Of a DNA stretch of 64,000 bases, positions 1 through 37,791 are shown piece after piece; the first letter of the stretch is position 1; each line of letters opens with the position of its first letter. Origin of the DNA: Balanoglossus misakiensis (taxonomy: Eukaryota; Animalia; Hemichordata). The translations under genes and the position numbers were made by a program. The stretch covers positions 8,457,846 through 8,521,845 of the forward strand of contig CM082577.2 in NCBI GenBank assembly GCA_040954595.2, read 5' to 3'. The notes beneath the pieces were generated by a model. That model ran no database searches and had not been told where the DNA came from. It saw only the letters and a program-made list of their open reading frames with translations.

Positions 1-402
1 TAACGATTTATCGTTTACCTAAGGACTCAATATAACTCGCGCGTGCGTGATGACCCCCGACGGTAATAATGTCGGAAGTACCGTTTGGTGTATCTTGAAG
101 AGTTTCAATCAATTTTCACAAAGTTTTATTAATTTGGGTGTAACGATCTTGCTTTAGATGCTCCCTACGTCGTGAGAATATACTGCTAACGTCTAGTATC
201 TCATCAAAAAGCCAAGATTCTGTGTAGATTTACCAGGACCATGTGATAAGGTATCTTGCTCCGGACGTTCACTGTTCAGAGAACTTTTGATGGTTTCAGT
301 CGGCGATCGTAACCGGTGTATGTCGTCTGGAAAAGCTGTTACTGGACAAATTGTAACCAAGGAGTAAATCAAATATCTGGTCCGCGTTAAATGAACTGAA
401 AC
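1..402 (+). promoter_or_regulatory. Putative Miro promoter / 5' UTR with NRF1-like and ETS/GABP-like motifs
   Basis: CpG-richer stretch upstream of ATG 403. It contains CGCGCGTGCGTG (~38-49, NRF1-like) and CGGAAGT (~73-79, ETS/GABP core). TSS not determinable. Confidence 0.4.
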
Positions 403-14763
<14,361 letters not shown>

Positions 14764-16421
14764 CAAGAGAGGAATCCTGCTTGCACAGAAAAAAGAAAGA
14801 AATTGTCCAATCAGGTGACCGGTGTGTGCAGTCACCACAGTTTGTCGTGTTTTGAGATGACACAGCTAATGACCGCCTAATTCCAAGATAGAAATTTCCC
14901 CCACGTTTCATGTATATATATAGAATGTTTTTACCGATTATTATTACAAAGGATAGGCTGTGGTTTCGGGTATTCGGATAAATTTTCTTTGTAAAATAAG
15001 AATGACTTGTAATGCAATGGAGAACCGCTGAGATGATTTCAGGGTTTGTCGTTTAGCGGTCGTTTCAGACGACCAGGTGCCTGTGTTCGTGATGTTGATT
15101 GGCCAGTTTTATGTCACATGACTTGGTTGGTCTCCAACCTACAATCTGATTGGTTGGTCTTGGGCGCAGGGGACACAAATGCTTTGCCAAAAATATAGGA
15201 GGTAGAATTTGAGTGCCCCGGAAATGACACAAGAGCTAAAATCTTACCAGCCTCTGTTCTAAGTTGTTGCAGATTGACTAGAACCCATTTTTTTGCATAA
15301 ACTGTGTGTGTCGTGACTATTTAAATACTCTACTACCAGTATGCATGAAACAGACTGAATAGAATGCGAATCTGTGAAATATTATGGTCTCCAAATTGCC
15401 CAAAGATTTACACAACAGACTCTCAAACTCTCATGAGTATAACTCTACTGATTATTATGGTGGTTAGTGTTAGATTAAGTTTTTAAAACAGAATATATCC
15501 CATTTTCCCCGCAAAATGGCATTCTGTACATTTGTGGGTTCAAGGCAATATTTCATGTCGACGTATGCAGATTTTTTTTTTTTATTTGTATCATTTTAAC
15601 TTTAATCAAGGTATAATTTATTAACCTTATTTTTAAGATTTATTTCATTTACCAATTTGAACCCAGGTCAGATCAGGAAATTTTCTCTTGCAGCTTTTTT
15701 TTTTTGCACTTTGAGTTGTGAGTCTACTGTGCAACCACTGAGCTCTACTTGACTTGACATTGAAAGAAAATTTAATGAAAGGAGGCCAAGTGTGAGTGAT
15801 TTGCCATTTCCAAAACTAGGTTGCTCATTGTCACTGACAGCTGTCGGCGTAAAGTGTATCATAGCTCTTGTCACAGTGTCCCAATGCAATAGTTCCCCAT
15901 TGGATGCTGGAAAGTGGGGTAGCTGGAAACCCATATTGATTATAAGGGGGCGTTGCGTTCGTGTTCTAAACCAGTTATGCCCAGAGGGCGATTTAGGACA
16001 TCATTGTATACCAGACTGGCCGGTCTTCGTGCATGCTGAATGACATCATTCTACATTTATAGCCTTTACAAAAAGCCATTCAGTGTTTGGGGCTGTCATC
16101 CAGAAACCCACCCGACCATTTCCATTCCAATGTCATCATGACCTACGCAGGACTTTATCGTAGTTTTTCAGTGACTGCACATGCCCTGTAGAAGCTAAGG
16201 ACATCATTGTCTAACCAAACTAACTGACCTCAGTGGGCACCACACCCAACCCAGCAGGCCTCAGTCGGTTCCAAACGGGTGTAGGGGTAGCACAGTGCAA
16301 TGAATACATCAATAGGCAGCTAAGAAGCGTTGATTCACAGTGAATTAGATTTAAACCTAACTGTTTGGAAGAAGCATAAGAGAATACCTGTAGACCATGC
16401 TTTGGTTGTCAGTGCTTTGTA

Positions 16422-16579
16422 TAGTAAAACTTGTCTAAACTTAACGCCGCAGAAACCAAGAAACCTGTTCAGTTTGCACCAGTGTCTGGTGTACAGAGGT
16501 TCTTTTAAACACTGTGTACACTGTACACTGGAAAAGGTGTTCGGTATAGACAGGTTTCCAGTATAGACAAGATTCACTG
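16422..16579. mobile_element. Degenerate Tc1/mariner-pogo-type MITE in the probable Miro 3' UTR
   Basis: TA|TAGTAAAACTTGTCTA ... TAGACAAGATTCACTG termini resemble CAGT-type TIRs. A related element lies at 51920-52027. Confidence 0.5.
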
Positions 16580-17025
16580 CATTGTGAAATCACACTATTA
16601 TGTGAATTTTAATGTTTTAAAAACAAAATGGTATACTGCAACACATTCAGGTCAACAATAGACTTCACTGAATTTCACGAGAGCCTCTTTTGCTCCACAA
16701 TGTTTCACAGTCCAGTTTTATTTTCACGGGTAGCTGTACAAATACGTTATCTTTTTAATTGTTTTAAAAAACTCATCTGAAACCACATCACTTCTACTCC
16801 ACCACAACACCAAGCCATTTTATTTACTCTGTATTTTAAGTTCAAGGTTACAATGACCTCGGTTCAGAATAGATGACATGTTGAGCTGGAAATGAACCCT
16901 GAATGTCCATGGTTATTGCTGTGTGTATAGTTCCATGATATGAAAAAAAGACAAAAAAAAAAAAGACGAGTGCTTCGGATATTTTTTACTGATGTAATTC
17001 ATTGACATTCTTTTTATCAATGGAA

Positions 17026-17031
17026 AATAAA
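17026..17031 (+). terminator. Probable Miro polyadenylation signal (implies ~2.3 kb 3' UTR)
   Basis: AATAAA followed ~20 nt downstream by a T/GT-rich element (TTTTTGTTGTGTGTT). Confidence 0.5.
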
Positions 17032-17153
17032 ACAGTCTTTCTCTTCAGAATTTTTGTTGTGTGTTCGATGTTGGGCACATAACTAGAAAGTGATGTTGGG
17101 AGATGGGAGCAACCATGTCATGTGTCCGTGTGTGTGTGTGGTATTTGCAAGAA

Positions 17154-17276
17154 GGGGAATCCCACACTGTGGTATTTGGGGAAAAGAAAGGAAATTCCAG
17201 GCTAAAAGGAATTTCCAGACTCTACTTCCAGGAAAGGAGGTGGAATCTCAACTTTCCAGCACCAGGAAATGAAGTG
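17154..17276. promoter_or_regulatory. Cluster of NF-kB, STAT (GAS) and IRF/ETS-like motifs; candidate immune-inducible enhancer
   Basis: GGGGAATCCC 17154-17163, GAAAAGAAA 17181-17189, AGGAAATTCC 17189-17198, AGGAATTTCC 17207-17216, TTCCAGGAA 17226-17234, AGGAAATGAAGTG 17264-17276. Confidence 0.55.
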
Positions 17277-17339
17277 TATGGTGTATTTTCTTTTTCCCAC
17301 TGAGTGCCTGCGATGCTGCGTCAGTGGTATCCGATATTA

Positions 17340-17554
17340 AGGGAGAACCAATTGATTTCAGGGGGTGGGGTGGATAGAGGATTTTTTGGCAGATGGTGCG
17401 AAGGAAAATAATTTTCTTCTGCAATACCTTGAGGAAAAATATGGACTGGCAAGTAAAAATGAATTGCTGTATTTTAAACAGTGACTGAAAAAAATGCGGA
17501 TATACCCTAACCCTCCACTCCTCCCCACCACCCAAGATTAAATGTTTTTTCCCT
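17340..17554. mobile_element. Short MITE with AGGG...CCCT termini and TA flanks
   Basis: TA|AGGGAGAACCAATTGATTTCAGGGGG ... CCCAAGATTAAATGTTTTTTCCCT|TA form imperfect TIRs. Confidence 0.55.
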
Positions 17555-18553
17555 TATTGGTTTTCACAGAGTTCAAGACTATTCTTTTTTTGCACGCATG
17601 AAAATTTCCACTTTCTGCAATGAGGAAACGTACTAGTAAGACTATCTGCAGCGCAATGATCTTGAGAAGAGCTCGTTTTCTTGAGCTGCAGAACTTTATT
17701 TCTGCTCCACAAAACGGTGCAAAAATCAAGCAACGGCCATAAAGAGGCCTGTCTAGAACCTTCTATAGTCGATACAAATGATATGGCAAGTTTATGATTA
17801 CCAGAGTTCAATTATTATACTACCACTTGGAATTTGGTCCGCACAATATAGTTGACACACTGCAATACTGGACACCTCCAGTAACAAAGGGACAATTATT
17901 TGAACCGAGTTTGGTTTCTGTCCAAACAAACAGTTTGAGAGATAAAAATGGCACCATTTTATGTTACGATTAAAATTTGCAAAATACATCAAGAGGGAAC
18001 ATCTCGTTTTGAAGTCACATATTTCTGTTCAATCGTACTGTCTGTAAGCTTACTAAAACCATCATTATGGACTTGGTCCCAAAATAAATACAGCATTTCA
18101 AAATGAAGAATAATAGCTATAAACAATGCCAACAAACGACACAATTTAGTTACAAATTAAATGTTCAAAATCCTCAGCATCAGGAAGGGGACACCCCCTT
18201 TCAGACCCACCCACCTATGTGTTTAGTTGTGCATACTTCTGTAGACGATTTGTTTTGAATAATCGTGTTGAATGATGTTGCCATTGTAAATTATTTTTAT
18301 TATTTTGGCTTTAAAATACAGATAATGGTTAAATAGTGGTGCTGAATCCACGCTTTTGTGGCCCGTTTTTTTGTCACCATTGGTTACAGTAACACATATA
18401 TTATCTCCTGCAGCCTGCCGCGTCAATTACCAATCTTTCAACACTGCGATTAAAAATTAAACGGAAAGTCGTGACATCAGCTGAACTTATTGCATTGTTC
18501 AGCTGAGTGTTGTTGATGATCGCGAGATAAACGCAGAATCCATATGTACCATG

Positions 18554-18587
18554 GTCGGAGCATAGACCCTAGGGTCTATGGTCGGAG
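18554..18587. mobile_element. 20-bp perfect palindrome flanked by a 7-bp direct repeat (P-element-like mini-element or excision footprint)
   Basis: GTCGGAG [CATAGACCCTAGGGTCTATG] GTCGGAG. Confidence 0.6.
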
Positions 18588-18745
18588 CGAACCAAGTGTC
18601 AGGATATGACTTTCTTGGTCAATTCACACATGTGATCAGTTTCTTAGCCAGAGAAATCTCACAAAGAATCGAACGTCAATGAATTAAAAGAGAAAGATAA
18701 TGGGATATTTTCCGGTCCGCACCAAGCACCATCATCCGTACCATT

Positions 18746-18754
18746 CATCATCAC

Positions 18755-18826
<72 letters not shown>
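18746..18826. repeat. (CAT)n microsatellite
   Basis: Near-perfect trinucleotide run. It explains the poly-M and poly-S pseudo-ORFs. Confidence 0.95.
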
Positions 18827-19589
18827 TAAATTTACAACGCGGGTTTCTTGTGCGCGGTATAAAAGTTCCATCCCTTATCGACAGGCACAGCGACTGCCAT
18901 AGAGTCTACATCAGCGTTGTGATATCCGCATTTAATCCGATTTGACGGTCCGCACTTGTTTATGTTATAGAACCACGGTCACTTTGGAGTGACCGTAATA
19001 ACGGGGACCCTTGTCCCCTATTTAAATATAATCGAGCTCTGGGTACATACATGAATTAAAAAACTCCGAATCAAAATTGGCACCGCCTTCCGCATCGGTG
19101 AGATTCCACTGACACAAATGATCGATATCTCCACGTTATAGGTTCATGGTTGTCACGCCAACCTGAAAGATGGACTGCAGATAATAAAAGTGTTGACCAT
19201 AAATCATCGTCCTTATTTATTGAGTGTAAGATCTTTGCGCAGCAGGTTGCACAGCCCAGTAGATTTTTGGTGGGACTAGCTGGCGCAATCCTTTTATTAA
19301 ACGCAACAGGGGCGTTTCGGCTGAGTGTAAATGATTATAGGTGTAGGCTACCAACCCCCGGAACGGACGAACCATCTTTGCGGAAGTATAAACTGGGAAA
19401 AGCCCGAACACTCATAATAGTCAAAGAACACGGACCATTGTGCTGAGAAGTATTCACAGCGAACTTTGCATTCAAAGGAAAACACAAAACCGGCCATAAG
19501 AAGGTTTAGGAGCGCTGACCAGGCGATCTGTTTCGCGCATTCGTGTCGCGTGTCAAAGTTTATTTGTACATGTCTTTACCGGTGGCTTT

Positions 19590-19711
19590 TCCGCGTTTCC
19601 CCGGGACCAGGTTATGGTGGTGGTGGTCGGCTGTTGTCAGGTGCGTTCTCACGTAGTTCCTGTGAGAATATCGATTTCTTGGAGCCCCGCAATCACTGAC
19701 GTTTTCACCGG
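19590..19711 (+). promoter_or_regulatory. Probable promoter and non-coding first exon of the CARMA-like gene
   Basis: CpG-rich stretch ending in a strong donor CG G|GTGAGT (19711/19712). It can pair with acceptor CATTGCAG at 22258, just upstream of ATG 22296. ETS (CGGAAGT ~19381) and kB-like (GGGAAAAGCC ~19395, GGCTTTTCC ~19584) motifs are nearby. Start coordinate approximate. Confidence 0.5.
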
Positions 19712-21435
19712 GTGAGTATGTGTCAGTTGAATACAGAGAGATGTTAAGTCTTATTTGATTTGTTCTTGAATTCCTTGTTTATTACGTCAACCACCTGTCC
19801 GCCTGGAATCTGTTACATGTATATCACAAAGTCCAGCAGGTATACATATACCAGCACACGTTATGCGAGTTCAGGTTGTGGACATGGCTTCAAATTGCCT
19901 GTCGTCACAAATCCCGCCTACAGACAGAAGTTACCTCTACCTGGCTTCGATGAATGCGGTGGCGTGCAGCTAATTTTAAGCTTATGTGTTCCTCTCTTCA
20001 CGGTGGAACGAGCAATGCTATTAGCCTCTCACACCATGGACGTTATAACACACAGTCCCTGTATAGGCAACGTTAAATCTATGGTCTGTCTGGACTTTCG
20101 TATAGACATGCATCTTTATGAGTTCATTTCTGTAGTTTCTACCTTTAGCCTTTAAACGAACGGTAAACACAAGTCCTATAAACGTTGCCCCTTTGCCCGG
20201 CCTGGGGTTCCTGGCCGACGGCAATGAGAACGTACAAGAGACCTAGCTTTTGGACACGTCGAAATGGTGTACACAATTTCTGCATGGCCTACAGTAGCCT
20301 ATAACCTGTTGCCTTTACTGTCATATGAGGTCATCGTTTAGTTTTCTTATGGGGGGATATGGCCGACCAGTCCCACTGTTATGCCTTATTCTTTTATTTA
20401 AAACACAATTAAACTATTTATATCCCCGGTAGTATAAACAGTGCTCTTGTGTGCAAAACAGAGATTGTGTTGCTTGTGTACATACAGACAGACAGACAGA
20501 GTCCGAACAGAGCATTTGGTTGAATTCCGGAATTGCCAATTGCAGAGGCCTCCAGAATTAAAAAAAAAAAAACGACAACCACCACTCGCTCTACGCAGCA
20601 GCAAGATGTGGTCAGTGAATCACAGACAAAAGAATACTGAACTAAAACATTGGGACACGATGACCGTTATCATGGTTACCTTCTCGCACTATCTCATGTG
20701 GACAAAAAAAACATGAAGCATATCCGTGTATTGTGCGTGCTTTTGACTATCTCAGTGTTATCGCACCAGTTTTGGTGACACTTAATATTTATGTGATGCT
20801 GTACGTCCTTTATTTGGAGTTGGAATAAAATGGTATAAATAATCCGCGATAGGAGAAAGACAGTTAATAGCTAAGGACAGTAATAACGCGTCGCAATTCG
20901 CGAAAATATCGCTTGTGCGATAAAATAATGTCAAAAGAACTTTTGACATTTATTTCAGTTAATTTAATTGCTTAAAGCCACCTTGTCCCTTCAAACAAGA
21001 AACTGCAGTAGAACAAAATACTGGAGACTGAAATAGCCAAAATGTACACTTAATGGAACTTTGAATAGCCGGAACAACGCCTAAAACGTGATTCATAGGC
21101 GCCGGTGTTTTTAATAAACGACGACTCCATCAAAACACGGAAATGGTGTATTGTTGATACAAAACTGTAGTATCTGTCTTTCTGTCTGCCATATTTACGA
21201 TTTGTCTTTGATGAGAAAAATGGCAATGAAAATTCGTGCACTGGTACATATATTTATTCCAACTTGAATGCGTATTTCACACCAAATTTCTCTCGTCGGT
21301 AGTTTTGAACAAAAACTATCAATTGCACTTCCGAATTTTATTGAGTCGTGATCCAATTTCGTGTCGTTTTTATTTATATGACGCGAAGTTTTCAATTGCC
21401 TCTGAGCGATTGTCGTGAAGTACGTGACTTGTTAA

Positions 21436-21751
21436 AGCTCCAGTAACTCCAACGGCTGGCTATGTCCTCAGTATCTCAGTTTTTGTTTCTACTCTGTAAA
21501 ACATAAAGAACAGCTCAATATTTGTTTTTTTTTCAACGTCAGCGTTGTTATTGTTGAAAATTGGATTCAGGTCCGGACTTGAATTCATTTGTCCATCATA
21601 ATAATATTATGGCAGCGACTCGTGAAATATTTTGTTGAGAAGCTAAAGACTGATCATTTCGTAAAGCTATCCAGAGTAGAACAAGGAACCCAAATTGTAT
21701 ACATGCGAGAGAAAAACTGAAGAAATAGCCAACAGTTAGAGTTACGGGGCT
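21436..21751. mobile_element. TTAA-flanked MITE (Kolobok/T2-like)
   Basis: TTAA|AGCTCCAGTAACTCCAACGGCTGGCTAT ... ATAGCCAACAGTTAGAGTTACGGGGCT|TTAA. Confidence 0.75.
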
Positions 21752-22295
21752 TTAAATTGTCTGTGGTTTCTAGCGGCAGAAGCGCGCACACCTGTTTTTA
21801 TCACCAAAGTGATGTTTATTTATTGCGCGTGTAACAACCTCAAGTGTCTATCTCACAAAGGAAAGTGTGTCAAGGAGTGAACGGAAAGTGGGTTGCACTC
21901 CAATGGTCGCACTCTTGCTTTCGTCTCGCGTATCGTCAACCAGGAAGTAAAAATTATCCACGAGAAAGTTTTTTTTTTGTCCATGGCGTGAGAATGTGAT
22001 GCACACGTGGCGTGTTATAATATGGTTTCCGGTGTCAATTAAAGGGGGGAAATGGAAAGGGCGAAAAACACACATGTAAAACTTCGGGAGTTTTATCTTC
22101 ACAGGGAGATTTTGGATCGAGTGCCGGGCAACGTATACATTTCAACGACACCGCTGATGGGAAAAGTATTATTGCGTAAAGGTCAATATATAGGCTAAGC
22201 TTTCAATCTCGAGACGCTTTGCTAGTTTACAGGCAACTCACTTCACGTCTCATTGCAGTTGTTTAATCTGAAGAGTGGGACTGTTTTGTTAAATC

Positions 22296-34671
<12,376 letters not shown>

Positions 34672-37600
34672 GCAAACAGGCCGTGGTCTCTGATACAACC
34701 ATTTTAATAAAAGGGTGCCCTGCAGTAAAATAGCAAAAACTTTGTGTGTGTTTTGTCATTGCATTTACATTGATCCACTGTGAGTCAAGAAATATTTACA
34801 AATATTGACAGGGGCATTTCAAAGATGAGCTAGGTCTCTGTCAAAACGGTTGTTTTGTTTTATTTTTTGCAGTAGAAATTTGTATTGCATGTTACACGCT
34901 AGATTTGAATTTGTCAGTATTTTTTCCTGCGTGAATTATACTCACTGTTGGATGACTGTTTGTATGAATGTTTTTCTAACTTTATGAAATTCGAGTTATA
35001 CAATATTTCTCATAGTGGTAAAGTCGCCTATAGTTTATCAAACTCATCTTCACTTAATCGAGCTGTAAATAGAATTTTTTGTGAAAACTTCAAAATCATG
35101 GTGCTCACCCTTGTTTGATGAGCTAATTTTTATAAATCGTAGAAAATACGTCAGACTAAAATTTAATTTCTGAACTTTTGGTCGATGTGGCGCATCCAGT
35201 AGTCATCCATACTGGCTTGACAACCTGTTGAATTGAAAACATTTTTTCCCCCACAATCAACATTGGGCATTATCAATTCAACAATCCAGTGATAGTGGTC
35301 TGGGTGTGACAGTCAAGGCCAGTGCCACACAATGCACTGTAGTTCTGAACATGTATTCTCTTGAGATAGTATGTTAAATCATTTGTAAAAAAGTTGGTCA
35401 GCTTTTTTACATTGTTGGATTTCTCAGATTATAAGTGCCTTTAGAAAATAGACAGAATTGGTTGTTTATTCTTCCATGTGCAACTTTTACTGTTATAACT
35501 TTCATATTAAAGATTTTTTTTCTTCTGATATCTTGGTTGTTTGTGACAAAGAGTTTAAAATTTCATGTGTAAAATAGGCAAGCCTGATGCATGCAAAGAC
35601 TGCTGCAGTGTTTAAGCAAAATATTTTGAACATTTACTGTGGAAAAAATATGATATCATAAAAGGACTTTTTGCCAGAAAAGTTTTTTCTTATTTCAATG
35701 AACACAGACGCCACAATTATTGTATTATAATTTTATTTCACAAATCTCAACTTTTAAAAACAAAAACAAAATTGCATTGTTTTATCCTATAGTGATTGTG
35801 CTCACATCACACATGCACTGAGTTCAACTTTTTCAAATTTTATACATGCAAGTGAAATTTCAAATGAATTGTTTTTTGTTGGTAAATTTTCAAATATACA
35901 AAGTGTAAATGCTTGTAAAACTCTCACAGCACACTTGAGATGATTCCAGATTTCTATTTGAGGAAAGAACTGAAATTTGAATTATAGGTGAGAAATTCGT
36001 TGAATTAAAAGATGTGGAAAAAATATGATATGTTTTAGTCGCTTTGACTGTGTATCAACAACAAACACACAATTTCTTTCATGAAACAAACTCCAGAAAA
36101 AGACACCATGTGTACATCATCTTCTTCCAAGAAGAGAAAAACAACACAGAAACACCAAACAAAAGCTACACTGAATAAAAAACATTATGTTTGTTGTTTA
36201 AGTTCACCCACAGTTTTTGATGTCTACCACCAAAGAAATAATTCTTATGCGTTTATGAGTAAACAAATTTGGGTCCACCCCGACTGGGGAATCACTCAAT
36301 AATCCAGAATGTTTGAATTAAAGTTCAGGTACATATTTTAAAATTCACAATGTGTTGTAAAAACTGGCATGTCTTTGCTTAGTTACTCAGACAAGAATTC
36401 CATCAAATTTTGCAAATGACTACTCTATCAGGGACTAAATTGTGCGCCCAATTTCCAGTTTAGCTCATTTTAGTATTTTTTTTACAAATCATAATTCTGA
36501 GGAAAACTGAGTTCCATCCTTTTAGATACAAGGGGCAAGTATTCAGTGAGTGTACGATTAACCCTCCAGGAAGGTCATACCATTTGTCACGACTGAAAGG
36601 TAAACTTCCCTGATCCAGCCACTGCAAGAAGAACAATGGAAGATTCCATTGTGGGAGAAATGAGTGGGGGAGGTATACAGTAATTAGCCATGACATGTAT
36701 GTGGTTAGACCTGGCAACATTTATAGCATGCCAACGCTGATAAAAGTTACATACCTTTGTACCTAATATTAAATATGGTGACAATTGAGGCCAAAAACAA
36801 ATACAATTGTATTCTGCTGGCTGGGCTACATTGTTGAAAGAGGTGACAATCACATGCATGGGTGCAGTCGGATAAATTTTTTCATAAAATTGTGATTTTC
36901 TTGAGCAAATAAAGGTATTTTTTCAACATTTTTCCAAATTGGGGCATTCTCTTCTCACCCAGCAATGAGAGGCCTCACCGGACATTTGAAACAGTCGATG
37001 AAATTCCTGCTGTGTGCACAGACAGCCACTGTTAAGGCAAGCTTCCATTGAACCATTGTTTTCAGGTTGACAAATTGTCGGTTGACGTTTTCCCTTCCTG
37101 GAAACTCGGGATTGTTTTTTTTTTTAATTTTACTTTGATAAAGGAACAAATCTATCATACTAGTGGGACAATAAACGCATTAACCACACGTGAGTTGCCA
37201 GCTAGCACACTGCTACAAGACGATTGACTATAACCACACATTTGGTCTTTAATCTACCTATTGTAATGAACACGCCACACAAGCTCCAATAAAGGAAGTA
37301 CAAAAAATCTCTACACTAAAATAGGGAAGGACCATTTCTGGTCGGTCTCCATGACAACCAAACACTGGACGGAATGTGATAAGATTGCTCATTCTTCAAG
37401 AAAAAAACTATGGCAGTTCAATAACGTTTACCACACTACAAAGAAAATCTGCACACTTGGCCAAATTAACAAACATTTGCATCAGACTGTAGTTTAAAAA
37501 TCAGCCACAAAATCCACAAATATAATTTGCCTTTTTGTAAATCCACAAGATAATTATCGGAAACATGATCTAATACAAGGTTCTCTGTGCCGATTTAATT

Positions 37601-37791
37601 TTATTATCAAAAGTTGGTAGCGCATTATATTCCCAATGTAATTTAATTTACCCCCCCCCCCCCCCTCATTGTGCATCAAAATCTTATTTTGAGCTGAAAA
37701 CACCTTCCTCGTATCTTCATTGTATTTGTCATATGAGTTGACTGGTTGGTACGCTGCTCGGGATGACATCTGAGTTGTACGTTTGGTTGTT

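Noticed and set aside
1-60. First exon of a divergent minus-strand gene (AG|GTAAAC donor at ~13-20)
   Set aside because: A single donor-like motif at the window edge; it cannot be supported without upstream sequence.
18659-18945. Poly-Met / poly-Ser ORFs (also poly-His/Arg/Ser/Met ORFs at 26793-27213)
   Set aside because: These are translations of (CAT)n and (GAT/GAC)n microsatellites.
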